Counted from the stretch's first letter, positions 33,766-45,385 are shown. The stretch: 64,000 bases of DNA from an uncultured Erysipelotrichaceae bacterium (GCA_947166565.1 CAMVEL010000007.1:7323-71322), one strand, 5' to 3'. Notes: generated by a model not told the origin, from the letters alone. A program made the numbers and translations.

Positions 33766-33834
33766 GGTTGTTCCTTTTCTTGAAGTCAATCAAAACAGTG
33801 CACCGAAAAATATAAAGGGTTTTATTTTTTTATC

Positions 33835-33861
33835 AACAATAAAATGGTTGTTTTTATTGTT
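33835..33861. promoter_or_regulatory. Palindrome AACAATAAAA-N7-TTTTATTGTT upstream of tetR. It is a candidate operator.
   Basis: Perfect 10-bp inverted arms in the tetR 5' region. Confidence 0.3.
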
Positions 33862-33901
33862 ATTGTGCGCAACATACTATTCTTTGGGAAAACGGAAGGT
33901 C

Positions 33902-34856
33902 TCAATGGTTGGCTTCGGATTCGATTTCCTTTTCTTCCGGAGTCTGTTTCTTTAGGGTTTTGGACACAAGGAAAAGTGTCAACGCTCCGATAACGACAAA
34001 GAGTATTCCGCCGACAAGCCAGTGCCACCACTGATTTGTGACGGGGTTGAAATAGGCATCCCAGATTTGGTTGTTGATAAACATCGCCACAAGCGATCCA
34101 AGGACAAAGCCCAAAACGATGTTGAAGGTCGTATCATGAAATTTGGCGATAACCCGCTTCATTAATAATGAAGCCAAGACGATTCCGACGATGATACCGA
34201 CTAGCAAGCACGCGGTAAGGATCAAGCCGGTTCCAAGCCTGCTATGGTCACGAATCATGGACGCATCGCCCATATAAAGGTTGAGGACGGGTTGATAAAG
34301 GCCGAAGATGAAGAGAATCATTGCCCCGGAAATGCCGGGAATTATGCAAGCCCCCATCGCGATTAAGCCAATGACGATGGTCAAAGGATAAATCCAAACG
34401 TTTTCGTTTGGGGAAAGGAAGGCCGCTTCGATATCGAACCAGTTATAGATCTTAGAAAGAACGGAGAGCAAACCGATTCCAGCGGCAATCAGGAAGCCTA
34501 ATGCTATTAAGGCGAAATCCTTTATCCCAAGCGTGTGCGAGCGCACTTCCTTCAAGATGACCGGTAATCCACCAACGGTAAAACCGGCGCAGACCAAAAC
34601 GATTATGAATGGAACCTTATCCCAGGACAAATGCTCCAAATAGAGCAAGGCAATGCCCGCGATTAACCACCCAAGCATAATCGGTAGGAGAATCAAAATG
34701 GATTTCCAAAATTGCTTTCTTAGGGTGCTAACTCCCCCGATTAATTTGTCGTAAATACCAACCGTAATTCCGATTGTTCCGGCGCTAACACCAGGCAATA
34801 ATCCGATTCCTAGTGCGCCGCCTTTAATAAAATCTAATAACCAATTTTTAATTTTC
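33902..34856 (-). CDS. DUF368-family polytopic membrane protein (PopT-like putative undecaprenyl-phosphate translocase)
   Basis: Two internal repeats carry PGVSAGT and PGISGAM motifs, with 8 or more TM segments. Confidence 0.5.
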
Positions 34857-34917
34857 ATGGCAGGAAGCATAACACTAAAAGCCATAAAGCGGTAGTTTGT
34901 GATACACTTTCCACGCT

Positions 34918-35460
34918 ATGAAAACAATTGTCCTTTATGAATCAAAATATGGCTCAACCGAGCAATACGCCAAAGACATCGCCAAAGCCGTTAACGCGGA
35001 ATGTATGCCTTTGAAGAAATTCCGTTTCAAAAACATCGAAGATTATGACACCGTCGTTTTTGGTGGATGGGTTAGAGGCGGGGTAATCCGCGGGATCGAT
35101 CAATTCCTCTCCCATTATGACGAGATGGAGAATAAAAACGTTATCGTTTTCGCGGCTGGCATGGCTATGTCCAATCCAGATACCCGTGCTTTATTGATTT
35201 CATCTAACTTGCTCGATATGTATCACATCAGGTTCTATCAGATGCAGGGCAAGTTTGATTATAGCAAGCTCAACCCTATTGAGAAGATGATGATCAAGGC
35301 CTCCATCACCCGTATGGAAAACGATCCAAACCTCGGTGATTTCGAAAAGGCAAACCTAAGCAGGATAATGGACACCCCAATCACCGGTTACGATGAGGAT
35401 TCGGTTCAAAAAGTGATACGTGTCCTCAATAAAATTTCGTTAGAGACCCCTCAAGCATGA
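34918..35460 (+). CDS. Flavodoxin-like protein
   Basis: N-terminal SKYGSTEQYAK flavodoxin signature. It is 180 aa. Confidence 0.6.
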   Translation: MKTIVLYESKYGSTEQYAKDIAKAVNAECMPLKKFRFKNIEDYDTVVFGGWVRGGVIRGIDQFLSHYDEMENKNVIVFAAGMAMSNPDTRALLISSNLLDMYHIRFYQMQGKFDYSKLNPIEKMMIKASITRMENDPNLGDFEKANLSRIMDTPITGYDEDSVQKVIRVLNKISLETPQA

Positions 35461-36020
35461 AATTAATCGTCGGTTTAGGAAACATAGGTAAGAAATATGA
35501 GCACACCCGTCATAATATGGGTTTCGATGCTCTAGATGCCTTTGCCGAAATGGCAGGCGTCGATTTCGATCGTGAAAATTTCAAAGGAACCTACGGAATA
35601 TTGAAAAAGGAACCGTTCCCGGAACCCGTTATGCTTCTTAAACCATCGACTCTGATGAATTTGTCTGGCGAGTCCGTCAGGGCCGCGGTCGATTATTTCA
35701 AAATCGACATTGCCGATATTCTTGTCATCTATGATGATATGGACATCCCCGAAGGGAAAATCAGGCTTCGCCCAGATGGATCTGCCGGTTCCCATAATGG
35801 CATGAAAAACATCATCCTGCACCTTGGAACCGATGCTTTCAAACGATTGAGAATCGGAATCGGGGAACCCGCCTTCTCAGGAATCGATTATGTGTTAGGG
35901 AAACCTACCAAAGAAGGGCAAGAGAAGATAGATGAAGCCATAAAAGAAGCGACCCATGCTATCAAAGATTACCTTCTTAACGGTTGGGATTACGCGATGA
36001 ATCACCACAACAAGAAATAG
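35457..36020 (+). CDS. pth: Peptidyl-tRNA hydrolase
   Basis: It begins MKLIVGLGNIGKKYEHTRHNMGF. Confidence 0.95.
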   Translation: MKLIVGLGNIGKKYEHTRHNMGFDALDAFAEMAGVDFDRENFKGTYGILKKEPFPEPVMLLKPSTLMNLSGESVRAAVDYFKIDIADILVIYDDMDIPEGKIRLRPDGSAGSHNGMKNIILHLGTDAFKRLRIGIGEPAFSGIDYVLGKPTKEGQEKIDEAIKEATHAIKDYLLNGWDYAMNHHNKK

Positions 36021-36105
36021 GAGGGAAAAACCAACGGACTTACTTGGAGAGATAATTAGACTTCCAATTACCTCCCCCTATCGAAAAGGAAAGGGGCGTT
36101 TTCTC

Positions 36106-39100
36106 GTGGAGGAAAACCTCGGATGCCCCCTCCTTGTGGCCTCATTGTTCGCCAAAAGAAAAGAGAATTTCGCGATTGTTTCCAACAACCAATATTCAGC
36201 ACAGAGGACGTATGAATTTCTTTTGAATTTCTTTTCGGAAGACGAAGTCGTTTTCTTCCCTTCCGACGAGCTCCTTAGAGCGGAATCTTTAGCTTCATCC
36301 AGAGAACTTCTTTCCCAAAGGCTTTATGCGATGGGAAAACTCGTAACCGAAGGCCCCCATATATTGGTTACCCATCCTTCCGCTTTGTTAAGGTTCCTGC
36401 CGGAGAAGAAAAGATTCATTGAGGAATGCCGTCAAATCCATGTAGGGGATGAAATAGATTTAAAAACGATTAAATCCCAACTCGTGGAGATGGGCTATGA
36501 GTCGGTGAATAAAATTGAGCACTCTCTTCAGTTTGCTTCGAGGGGCGATATCCTTGATATCTACTCCGTTAATTACCTCTCCCCTATACGAATCGAGTTT
36601 TTTGGCGATGAAGTTGAATCGATCCGCCTTTTCGATGTTTCCACCCAAGAATCTAAATCGACTTTAAAGGAATGCCTGATTCTCCCGGCGACCGATATAT
36701 TCCTCAATGACGACGAAACGACAAATTTTGCTATTAAATTAAAGAAGCAAATCGATTTGGATAGCGAAAGGCTAGGCCCCGTCTTGGGCGAAAAGGAAAG
36801 AGAATCCTGCATGGCGGATCTCGAGTATTTCATTTCCAAAAACTATAAGCAAAACCTCTACAAGTATTTTGGGTTCGCCTTAGGAAAATCTAATTCGATC
36901 ATCTCTTATTTCGACCCCGAGGTCATATACGTTGCTAACGGTGACCAATTCAAGGAATCGACAACAAACCTGAACTTCGAAGCCCATAGCTACCTTGGTG
37001 AATATCATGAGGAAGGATTGACTTGTTCGGGCCTTGAACAATACATGACTCCTTCAGAAGCTTTTGGAAGCAGGAAGGTCGTGGCATCAAGGCCGTTTTC
37101 AACCTATCCCGATACCCAAATATTTAACGTCCACAAGATCGCGATCGTTGGGAGAAACATGGCTTCGATCGTCCCCACGATCCAAAGTTATCTTAGGCAA
37201 AACGACCATGTGGTTTTGGCTCTTTCCGAACCCCAGCAAAGAAAGACAATCATCTCTTTTTTGAACGATGCATCGATACCCTTCGAAGAAGTGAAAAACC
37301 TTGCAATTCCCAAAGAAAAACTTGGGATTTGCACGGTTTCTTTATCCGAAGGATTTGAAATTCCTGCGTTAAAATTAGCCTACCTTTCATCTAACGAACT
37401 GTTTGGTAAAAGGAGTGTCAGCTCACGTTTTACGACGAGGTTCAAAGAGGCCACAATCCTTAAATCATACGAAGACTTGAAACCCGGCGATTACGTCGTC
37501 CATGAATATAACGGCATCGGTCAGTTTATTGATGTTACAACTATCCTTGACGAAGGCATCCATAGGGACTTCCTCCAAATTGCCTATGCCGGAGGAGAGT
37601 ATCTTTACGTTCCCTTAGAACAATTTAGGTTGGTTCGTAAATATTCCGGTAGGGAAGGGGCCGCCCCTAAGCTTTCCCGCCTTTCGGGATCCGATTGGAA
37701 GAAACGCAAAGAAGGAATCAAAAAGAAGATCGACGATTTGGCCGATAGGTTGATAGCTTTGTATGGAACTAGGGCCAAAGAAGGCGGATTTGCCTTCCCT
37801 AAAGACGATGAATTCCAACGCCAATTCGAGGAAGAGTTCCCCTATGAATTGACCCGCGATCAAAAAGAAGCCCTTGTTGATATCAAGAGGGATATGGAAT
37901 CCCCCGAAGCCATGGATCGGCTTGTCTGCGGAGACGTTGGGTTCGGAAAAACGGAAGTGGCCTTCTGCGCCGCATTCAAAGCGATATCCGCGGGGAAGCA
38001 AGTTGCTATGCTTGCTCCAACTACTCTACTTGCTAGGCAACATTATGATGTAGCCATCGGGAGGTTTGCGACTTTTGGAGTAAAGATTGCTCTTTTCTCC
38101 AGAATGGTCTCTCCTGCCGAGCAAAAAGAGGCAATCGAAAAACTAAAGAACGGCCAAATCGATTTGGCCATTGGAACCCACCGTCTTTTATCTAAGGAAA
38201 TAGCCTTCAAAGACCTTGGTTTATTGATAGTCGATGAAGAGCAAAGGTTCGGCGTCGAGCAGAAAGAAAGAATCAAGGAAATTAAAAATCAGGTGGATGT
38301 CCTCACTCTTTCCGCCACTCCAATACCTAGAACATTGCAAATGTCTTTAGCGGGGATCCGCCCAATCTCGGAGATCAATTCCCCTCCTCAAGATCGCATG
38401 CCTATCGAAACGCACGTCGTCCCTTTCAAGGAATCCGTCGCCGATGAACTAATCCAAAGGGAGCTATCCAGGGGCGGACAGGTTTTCTATCTCCATAATA
38501 GGGTGGATAGCATCTTCGCGGTTGCCTCGAAGATGGCAAGACGCATTCAAGGCGCTTCCATCGGGGTGGTCCATGGACAAATGGAAAAAGAACAAATCGA
38601 AGACACCATGGAGAAGTTTTATGAGGGAGAAATCAATATATTGATTTGTACGTCCATCGTCGAAAATGGAATCGATGTTCCTAACGCGAATATGATTATC
38701 GTCGAAAACGCTTCTATCTTTGGGCTATCACAGCTTTATCAAATAAAGGGCCGCGTTGGCCGCGGCAACCGCATAGCCTATGCGTATTTGATGTATCCCC
38801 AAGGGAAAAACATGAACGAAAACGCGAGAAAACGTCTTTCCGCCATCCAGGAATTTACCGAATTAGGATCGGGATACAAAATTGCGCAACGCGATTTGAT
38901 GATTAGAGGCGCCGGCGACATTTTGGGTTCTGAGCAAGCCGGCTTTATCGATTCCATTGGTTTGGACCTTTACTTGAAGCTACTAGACGAAGCGGTTGCG
39001 AGCAAGAAGAGCGGTATATTGCCTCCGGAAGTTAAACCAAATCGCTTATTCCGATTGGATGCTTATATCCCAAAACAATACGCCTCCAAGTCAGATAAGA

Positions 39101-39501
39101 TTCAGCTTTACCAAGAATTGGAAGAGATTAAGACAATGGAACAATTGGGTTCTTTCCAGAAAAAGATGAAGGACATATATGGAAAATTGCCCGAGGAAGT
39201 CGTTTTGCTCATTACCAAAAAACGCATCGATATCCTTGGCGAAAAAGAGGAATTCGAATCCTTGGAAGAATATGATGACCGCGTCGTCATCTCCCTTTCC
39301 GACCACTTCTCGAGGATTGATGGAATCGGGAATGATCTTTTCAATTTGGTGGTTCCGTATCTTTCCTTCATCCGAGCGGGTTTTTCGGGAAAGAAATTAT
39401 CGATAACGGTTAAGAAGGTCAACGACGATTGGATCAACGATTTGGAAAAAGTCATGAAGGCCGTCGATAAGGCCTATCTAAACAGGACCAAAGCAAATTA
39501 G
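36106..39501 (+). CDS. mfd: Transcription-repair coupling factor Mfd
   Basis: It is 1131 aa with UvrB-homology, DEEQ helicase motifs and a TRG domain. It has a GTG start. Confidence 0.95.
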   Translation: MEENLGCPLLVASLFAKRKENFAIVSNNQYSAQRTYEFLLNFFSEDEVVFFPSDELLRAESLASSRELLSQRLYAMGKLVTEGPHILVTHPSALLRFLPEKKRFIEECRQIHVGDEIDLKTIKSQLVEMGYESVNKIEHSLQFASRGDILDIYSVNYLSPIRIEFFGDEVESIRLFDVSTQESKSTLKECLILPATDIFLNDDETTNFAIKLKKQIDLDSERLGPVLGEKERESCMADLEYFISKNYKQNLYKYFGFALGKSNSIISYFDPEVIYVANGDQFKESTTNLNFEAHSYLGEYHEEGLTCSGLEQYMTPSEAFGSRKVVASRPFSTYPDTQIFNVHKIAIVGRNMASIVPTIQSYLRQNDHVVLALSEPQQRKTIISFLNDASIPFEEVKNLAIPKEKLGICTVSLSEGFEIPALKLAYLSSNELFGKRSVSSRFTTRFKEATILKSYEDLKPGDYVVHEYNGIGQFIDVTTILDEGIHRDFLQIAYAGGEYLYVPLEQFRLVRKYSGREGAAPKLSRLSGSDWKKRKEGIKKKIDDLADRLIALYGTRAKEGGFAFPKDDEFQRQFEEEFPYELTRDQKEALVDIKRDMESPEAMDRLVCGDVGFGKTEVAFCAAFKAISAGKQVAMLAPTTLLARQHYDVAIGRFATFGVKIALFSRMVSPAEQKEAIEKLKNGQIDLAIGTHRLLSKEIAFKDLGLLIVDEEQRFGVEQKERIKEIKNQVDVLTLSATPIPRTLQMSLAGIRPISEINSPPQDRMPIETHVVPFKESVADELIQRELSRGGQVFYLHNRVDSIFAVASKMARRIQGASIGVVHGQMEKEQIEDTMEKFYEGEINILICTSIVENGIDVPNANMIIVENASIFGLSQLYQIKGRVGRGNRIAYAYLMYPQGKNMNENARKRLSAIQEFTELGSGYKIAQRDLMIRGAGDILGSEQAGFIDSIGLDLYLKLLDEAVASKKSGILPPEVKPNRLFRLDAYIPKQYASKSDKIQLYQELEEIKTMEQLGSFQKKMKDIYGKLPEEVVLLITKKRIDILGEKEEFESLEEYDDRVVISLSDHFSRIDGIGNDLFNLVVPYLSFIRAGFSGKKLSITVKKVNDDWINDLEKVMKAVDKAYLNRTKAN

Positions 39502-39563
39502 AAGCAAAATGTGCAAAATTCGATATACTAATCACATACCCTTAAAAGGGAATGTGGTAGAAT

Positions 39564-39824
39564 TTGGCCATGAGGATTGATAAATTCTTAAAAGTCAGCC
39601 GCCTCATTAAGAGGCGCGAAGTCGCAAAAGAGCTTTGCGATGGAGGCTTTATAGAGGTGAATGGGAAAACGGCAAAACCGTCCTCGGAAGTTAATCCGGG
39701 CGATCTTCTAACTTTGCACTTAGGCAGAAGAACGTTGACGGTTAAGATTAACGAAGTCCGCCCGTTTGCCAACAAAGATCAAGCCGATTCACTATATGAA
39801 GTCGTCAATGACTCAGTTAACTAG
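39564..39824 (+). CDS. rqcP: S4-domain ribosome quality-control protein RqcP (YabO/Hsp15-like)
   Basis: It is 86 aa and begins MRIDKFLKVSRLIKRR. Its position after mfd is conserved. Confidence 0.85.
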   Translation: MAMRIDKFLKVSRLIKRREVAKELCDGGFIEVNGKTAKPSSEVNPGDLLTLHLGRRTLTVKINEVRPFANKDQADSLYEVVNDSVN

Positions 39825-39835
39825 GAGGAACAACC

Positions 39836-41092
39836 ATGTTAGATCACAAATTCGATAAGAAAGCCACCTACCTCTTATCTGGAACCTTTGGCCCGGATTC
39901 AATGGCTTTGCTCGACATGCTCCGCAAAGAAGGCGTTACCTTCGTTGTTTGTTGCGTCAACTACCACAAATTCGATGCCTCCAATGATGACTTCAATCGC
40001 CTAAAGGATTATTGCGCAGAAAAGGAAATCCCTTTCGAAGGCTTTGATACCGATGGTCTTCCCGCCGCTTCCCAAATGAAGGAAAACGAAACCTTCAACG
40101 ATTGGGCGAGGCGCGTCCGTTATTCTTTCTTCAAAACCATTTACGATAAATATAATGCCGCGGCCCTTCTTATCGCCCACCAACAGGACGATTTGATCGA
40201 AACCTACCTCACCCAAAAAAGAGGCGATGGCAAAGTCGCCCATTATGGTCTAGCCCGTTCTGCGACCGTTGATGGGATGATCGTCCTTCGCCCGCTTCTT
40301 GATTTCTCCCATGAGGACCTAATCGACTATAACCATGAGAACCGTGTCCCCTTTTCCGCGTCAAACGATAATTTCCAAAACCAGTTTACCCGTTCGCCTA
40401 TTCGCCGCGAAATCGCCGCGATGAGTGAAATCGACCGTGAACGTATTCTCCAGGAAATGAGGGAGGAGAACGACGAAACCGAAAGGTTGACCGAAGCCAT
40501 CAACAAAAAGATCGATAGCGGAGAGGAATTAGAAATCCGCGCCTTGATCGCTCTTCCATATGATGAATTCGTCTCTACTTTGATGCGCTTTGTCTCTAAT
40601 GCGGATACCCCTGTCCACTTAACCGTTTCGAAGATTCAGGAAATCCGCAAATTCTGCCTTGCTCCTCAGCCAAACCTCTCCATGAAAGTGGCCGAAGGGG
40701 TTTATATCATCAAGGAATATGATGTTCTTACGATTGGTAGGAATTTCGACAAACTTCCATACACGTATCACTTAGATGCCCCTGGAATCTTGAAAACCGA
40801 GAATTTCGATATCGACTTTACGATGGGTGCGGAAGACCGTGGAATTCATGCGGAAGATTATCCTCTCACCATCAGAACCGCACTTCCTTCGGATACTTAT
40901 GAAGTCCATGGGTATCTATATACCGTCAGATCGCTTTTCTCCAATTGGAACATGCCAGTTCGTTTGCGTTATATTTGGCCGGTTTTCGCGAACAAAGACG
41001 GGAAAATCATCTATGTGCCACGTTACCGCATCAACTTCAGGGAATATCACACTTCCATTTTGACGATGCATTTGAAAGAGGAAGAAAAATAG
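39836..41092 (+). CDS. tilS: tRNA(Ile)-lysidine synthetase TilS with an atypical PP-loop (SGTFGPDS)
   Basis: An N-terminal PP-loop ATPase fold is followed by substrate-binding domains. It sits immediately upstream of ftsH, as in Bacillus. Confidence 0.8.
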   Translation: MLDHKFDKKATYLLSGTFGPDSMALLDMLRKEGVTFVVCCVNYHKFDASNDDFNRLKDYCAEKEIPFEGFDTDGLPAASQMKENETFNDWARRVRYSFFKTIYDKYNAAALLIAHQQDDLIETYLTQKRGDGKVAHYGLARSATVDGMIVLRPLLDFSHEDLIDYNHENRVPFSASNDNFQNQFTRSPIRREIAAMSEIDRERILQEMREENDETERLTEAINKKIDSGEELEIRALIALPYDEFVSTLMRFVSNADTPVHLTVSKIQEIRKFCLAPQPNLSMKVAEGVYIIKEYDVLTIGRNFDKLPYTYHLDAPGILKTENFDIDFTMGAEDRGIHAEDYPLTIRTALPSDTYEVHGYLYTVRSLFSNWNMPVRLRYIWPVFANKDGKIIYVPRYRINFREYHTSILTMHLKEEEK

Positions 41093-41169
41093 AAAGACAA
41101 AACTTGTCTTTGCCGTATAATGGCCGAGCATCGACATTTTTAGAAACAGTTTAGAAAGGAGGATCATGT

Positions 41170-43374
41170 ATGAACGATGGAAAACAACCTAAAAGAAGCA
41201 TAATTGGCTTCATTCTCCCCTATATCATTACCGCCGTCGGCATTTTCCTTTTAATTTGGTTTTTCACCAGAAATCTATTTGGTGGGCCCGATATTGGTAG
41301 GCTCAATACTTTTGATGAGGATTTCCTCGGTTATAGTTTCGTCAAAGGCGAGGGCGATACCGTCAAAGAAAACTACTCCGAATATGGAATCATCAAAAAG
41401 CGTATCTACACTGCGGTTGTCCGCGAAGGCCAAAAGACCGTTTATGTTAGTGGCTCCTATTTCGATGAGAATCAGAATTCCAAAGCTTATACCGTTCAGA
41501 TTGAATCCGCTAAATTCAACGAATCCTTTGAAACGGTGGTCAAAATTGACGGCTTTTCCACGCCTGTTACTGTTACCCACCAAAGCTATGCTTCTTTGTT
41601 CCAACTTCGTACGGTTGAAGCTAAGGCCGCTTTCCCCAAGGCCGATACTTACTATGCGGTTGAAGACGCTTTCCAAGTAAGTTTCTGGGAAGCTTGGGGC
41701 CCAACGATACTTTATGTTGGTATCACATTGCTTATAGCAATATTCATTATCGTTAGAATGAACAGAATGGTTAATGGCGCCAATAGCGGAGCTATGACCT
41801 TCAATAAATCCCCCGCAAGGCGAGCGGATAACACCAAGGTTCGTTTTGATGATGTCGCTGGATGCGATGAGGAAAAGGCCGAAATGGTCGAGCTCGTTGC
41901 TTATCTAAAAGATCCAAAGAAATTCTCCCGTTATGGCGCGCGTTTGCCTAAGGGCGTTTTGATGATTGGTCCTCCAGGAACCGGTAAAACCCTTTTGGCT
42001 AAGGCGGTTGCTGGCGAAGCCGGAGTTCCTTTCTATAGCATTTCCGGTTCCGACTTTGTCGAGATGTATGTTGGCGTTGGTGCGGGGCGTGTGCGCGATT
42101 TGTTCCGTAAAGCCAAAGAAACCGCCCCTTGCTTAATATTTATTGATGAAATCGATGCCGTCGGTCGTCAACGTGGCGCTGGCTTAGGCGGAGGCAACGA
42201 CGAACGCGAGCAGACCCTTAACCAGTTGCTAGTTGAGATGGATGGTTTTGAGGCTAACTCCGGTATTCTTGTCATCGCCGCGACAAACCGTGACGATGTC
42301 CTTGATCCGGCTTTACGTCGTGCAGGTCGTTTCGACCGCACCATTACGGTCTCTTTGCCAGACAAAGATGGGCGCGAAGCCATCCTTAAAGTCCACGCTA
42401 GAAACAAAAAGATTGACCCATCCGTCGATTTTGCTGCTCTTGCTAAGAGAACCGTTGGTTTCTCAGGCGCCGACCTTGAATCTATTCTTAACGATGCGGC
42501 CATTTTGGCGGTCAGGGGCAACAAACTAAATATCGGCATGGCTGAAATCGATGAGGCCATTGATCGCAGGATTTCCGGCCCAGCCAAGAATTCTCGTTCT
42601 ATGTCTGAACACGAGAGAAAACAAATCGCCTACCATGAGGCAGGTCACGCCGTTATCGGAATCCATGTTCCTTATAGCGATAAAGTTCAGAAGATCACCA
42701 TTGTCCCGCGCGGCAACACAGGTGGGCATGTCTTGATGACCCCCGAGAACGATCGCTTCCTCATGACCAAGAATGAGTTGATAGCCCGTATCACCGGTTA
42801 TTTAGGTGGACGCACCTCCGAAGAGATTTTCTTTAAGGACGTCTCTACAGGGGCGAGCAACGACATTGAAGTCGCTACCAGGATTGCACGCGCGATGGTT
42901 ACCGAATACGGTATGTCCGACTTAGGCCCAATCCAGTATGAAAGAGATACTGGTTCGGTCTTCTTAGGAAGAGACTATGCTTCGACTCAGAAGAACTTCT
43001 CCACTCAGGTCGCTTTCGAAATCGATAAAGCTGTTCGCGAAATTGTTGATTCCTGCCACGAGAAGGCTTTCGAAATCTTAACCCAATATAAACACGAAGT
43101 TGAGATGATCGCCGAGACCCTTCTCGATAAGGAAACCATCACGGCAGAAGAGGTTGATTACCTTGTTAAGAACGGTCATTTGCCTCCGGTTGAAAAACCT
43201 GTTGTTGAACCAGAAAAACCTGCAGAAACTGAATTAAAACCAGAAAACGCAGAGATTTCTGAGGAAAAACCTGTTCAAAAAGAAGAGGGTGAAACCGAAA
43301 AGGCTGCCGATGAAGTTCCCGCGGAAAAAGCAGTCGATAATCCTCCTTCCGAAGAGGGCGAAAAACCAGAATAA
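41170..43374 (+). CDS. ftsH: ATP-dependent zinc metalloprotease FtsH
   Basis: It has two TM segments, Walker A GPPGTGKT, the SRH, and HEAGHA. The C-terminal tail is P/E-rich. Confidence 0.96.
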   Translation: MNDGKQPKRSIIGFILPYIITAVGIFLLIWFFTRNLFGGPDIGRLNTFDEDFLGYSFVKGEGDTVKENYSEYGIIKKRIYTAVVREGQKTVYVSGSYFDENQNSKAYTVQIESAKFNESFETVVKIDGFSTPVTVTHQSYASLFQLRTVEAKAAFPKADTYYAVEDAFQVSFWEAWGPTILYVGITLLIAIFIIVRMNRMVNGANSGAMTFNKSPARRADNTKVRFDDVAGCDEEKAEMVELVAYLKDPKKFSRYGARLPKGVLMIGPPGTGKTLLAKAVAGEAGVPFYSISGSDFVEMYVGVGAGRVRDLFRKAKETAPCLIFIDEIDAVGRQRGAGLGGGNDEREQTLNQLLVEMDGFEANSGILVIAATNRDDVLDPALRRAGRFDRTITVSLPDKDGREAILKVHARNKKIDPSVDFAALAKRTVGFSGADLESILNDAAILAVRGNKLNIGMAEIDEAIDRRISGPAKNSRSMSEHERKQIAYHEAGHAVIGIHVPYSDKVQKITIVPRGNTGGHVLMTPENDRFLMTKNELIARITGYLGGRTSEEIFFKDVSTGASNDIEVATRIARAMVTEYGMSDLGPIQYERDTGSVFLGRDYASTQKNFSTQVAFEIDKAVREIVDSCHEKAFEILTQYKHEVEMIAETLLDKETITAEEVDYLVKNGHLPPVEKPVVEPEKPAETELKPENAEISEEKPVQKEEGETEKAADEVPAEKAVDNPPSEEGEKPE

Positions 43375-43381
43375 ACAGCTT

Positions 43382-43411
43382 GGCCAACGGGTAATCTGTT
43401 GGCCTTATTTA
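43382..43411 (+). terminator. Rho-independent terminator of ftsH
   Basis: Stem GGCCAAC / GTTGGCC followed by TTATTTA. Confidence 0.7.
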
Positions 43412-43419
43412 TATAGAGC

Positions 43420-44391
43420 ATGAAGATTGGAACGATTGAATTGGATGGCCCTGTTGTAATAGGGCCGATGGCGGGTGTTACCACCCTAGCATATCGCGAA
43501 TTTATGAAAGGTTTTGGCGCGGGCTTGACCGTGTCAGAAATGATTTCCGATTGCGGCATCGATTATAAAAACGCTAGGACTTTTGAGTATTTGAAAACAA
43601 GCGAAAAGGAAAGACCTGTCGCCTTGCAACTTTTTGGTTCTTCAATTGAATCGTCCACCAAAGCCGTAAAGATAATTGAAGAAAATGCAGAATACGACAT
43701 TCTTGATTTAAACTTCGGATGTCCAGTTCCTAAAGTAACAAAGACCGGCGCCGGAAGCGCTTGGCTATTAAATCCAAAAGCGCTTGGGGAATACGCTGAA
43801 GCAATTGTAAAAACGTCCACAAAGCCAGTTACGGCAAAGATTCGGCTTGGATGGGACGACGATTCAATAAATGTTTTTGAAGTTAGTCATATTTTAGAAA
43901 AAGCAGGGATAGCCGCGATTGCCGTCCATTGCAGGACTAAGGCTCAAGGATATTCCGGAAAAGCTCGTTATGAAGCCATCAAGGGTCTTCAGGACGAATT
44001 ATCGATTCCTTTAATTGTTTCTGGTGATATTTTTGCCGCGGAAGACGCCCTAAGGGCGAAACAAATAACTAATTGCCAAGGCATAATGGTTGCAAGAGGA
44101 GGATTGGGAAACCCTTTCCTTGTGACCCAAATAAATGCCTTGTTTAGAGAAAACAAGATATTGCCAAATCCGAGTCTTTCGGATCAGGTCGCTTACGCGA
44201 AAGACCTAACAGAACGATTGATTAACCTTAAGGGCGAGTATATAGGCGTACGCGAATTAAGAGGACACCTCCCTCATTTTTTCCGTTCCCAAACCGGGGT
44301 CAAAGCCTTTAGGATAAAACTCGCGACCATTTCAACGAAGGAAGAGATCTTCGCTGTATTCAATTCGATATTGCGGAGTGTAAAAGAATGA
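43420..44391 (+). CDS. dusB: tRNA-dihydrouridine synthase
   Basis: TIM-barrel Dus motifs PMAGVT and LNFGCP. Confidence 0.9.
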   Translation: MKIGTIELDGPVVIGPMAGVTTLAYREFMKGFGAGLTVSEMISDCGIDYKNARTFEYLKTSEKERPVALQLFGSSIESSTKAVKIIEENAEYDILDLNFGCPVPKVTKTGAGSAWLLNPKALGEYAEAIVKTSTKPVTAKIRLGWDDDSINVFEVSHILEKAGIAAIAVHCRTKAQGYSGKARYEAIKGLQDELSIPLIVSGDIFAAEDALRAKQITNCQGIMVARGGLGNPFLVTQINALFRENKILPNPSLSDQVAYAKDLTERLINLKGEYIGVRELRGHLPHFFRSQTGVKAFRIKLATISTKEEIFAVFNSILRSVKE

Positions 44392-44864
44392 GGGCGGAAC
44401 ACGGTTTTCCTCCTCTTTTTGATAAAGAATCGACCGTTTTGATATTAGGCTCTTTTCCAAGCGTTGCTTCTAGAAAACAAGAATTTTTCTATGGGCATCC
44501 TCAAAATCGTTTTTGGAAAGTGCTAAGTCTATGTTTTAATGAGGAAACCCCAAAATCAATCAAAGAAAAGATCTCTTTTTGTAAAAGAAACCATATAGCT
44601 TTGTATGATTCGATAGAATCTTGTGAAATCATCGGTTCCAGTGACTCCTCTATTACTGATGTCAAGCCAGCTGATTTAAGCGAAATCTATGACACGTCCC
44701 CTATAAAATTAATAATATTTAATGGTAACGCAAGCGAGAAATGGTTCAAAAGATACCAAAGCGTTCCTGAAGGGATTGAAGAAATCAAAATGCCTTCTAC
44801 TTCTCCAGCAAACGCTGCTTTCAGCCTAGAAAAGCTGGTTCAAGAATGGAAAAAGGCTTTTTAA
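44388..44864 (+). CDS. Family-6 uracil-DNA-glycosylase-superfamily enzyme (hypoxanthine/deoxyinosine DNA glycosylase-like)
   Basis: Motifs ILGSFPS and HPQNRFW. It is 158 aa. Confidence 0.65.
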   Translation: MRAEHGFPPLFDKESTVLILGSFPSVASRKQEFFYGHPQNRFWKVLSLCFNEETPKSIKEKISFCKRNHIALYDSIESCEIIGSSDSSITDVKPADLSEIYDTSPIKLIIFNGNASEKWFKRYQSVPEGIEEIKMPSTSPANAAFSLEKLVQEWKKAF

Positions 44865-44899
44865 GTCTATTTTTCTTTTCTTGAAAAGAAACTAAAAAG

Positions 44900-45385
44900 G
44901 TGGATAATAGTTCGGTGCCGAACAATATGAATGTCATCGATCGGGAAAAATCAATTAGAAGGAATCTGAATTCCTTGGTAAAAGTCTCTTCCAAAAGCGT
45001 GGGGGCTTACCTTTCAAGTAATCTTCCAACCGATTTAACCGAATCCGAATACATCCTCCTTGGATACATTTCCCTAAACGAAGGCAAAAGTACTTGCGAT
45101 ATAGCTTCGTCGATGGGCCTTGCCAAGGGAACTGTATCAGAAACAATCAAATCTTTGATTGAAAAAGGATTCGTTTTTACAAAACGGTCTGAAAACGATA
45201 AGCGCAGATTTTTTCTTTATCCTACCGAAAAAGCCAAGAAAAGGCATGAGGATGTTAAAACCTGCTTTAAAGAGATAGACAATTCGTTTGAAAAGGGGAT
45301 TACCACGGAAGAAAAAGAGATTTTTATCCGCGTATTAGAGAAAATAGAAAACAACATCGTTGAAGGAGGGAAAAATGGCCAGTGA
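44900..45385 (+). CDS. MarR family transcriptional regulator
   Basis: The wHTH region SSMGLAKGTVSETIKSLIEKGFV is present. It lies upstream of an ABC exporter pair. Confidence 0.8.
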   Translation: MDNSSVPNNMNVIDREKSIRRNLNSLVKVSSKSVGAYLSSNLPTDLTESEYILLGYISLNEGKSTCDIASSMGLAKGTVSETIKSLIEKGFVFTKRSENDKRRFFLYPTEKAKKRHEDVKTCFKEIDNSFEKGITTEEKEIFIRVLEKIENNIVEGGKNGQ

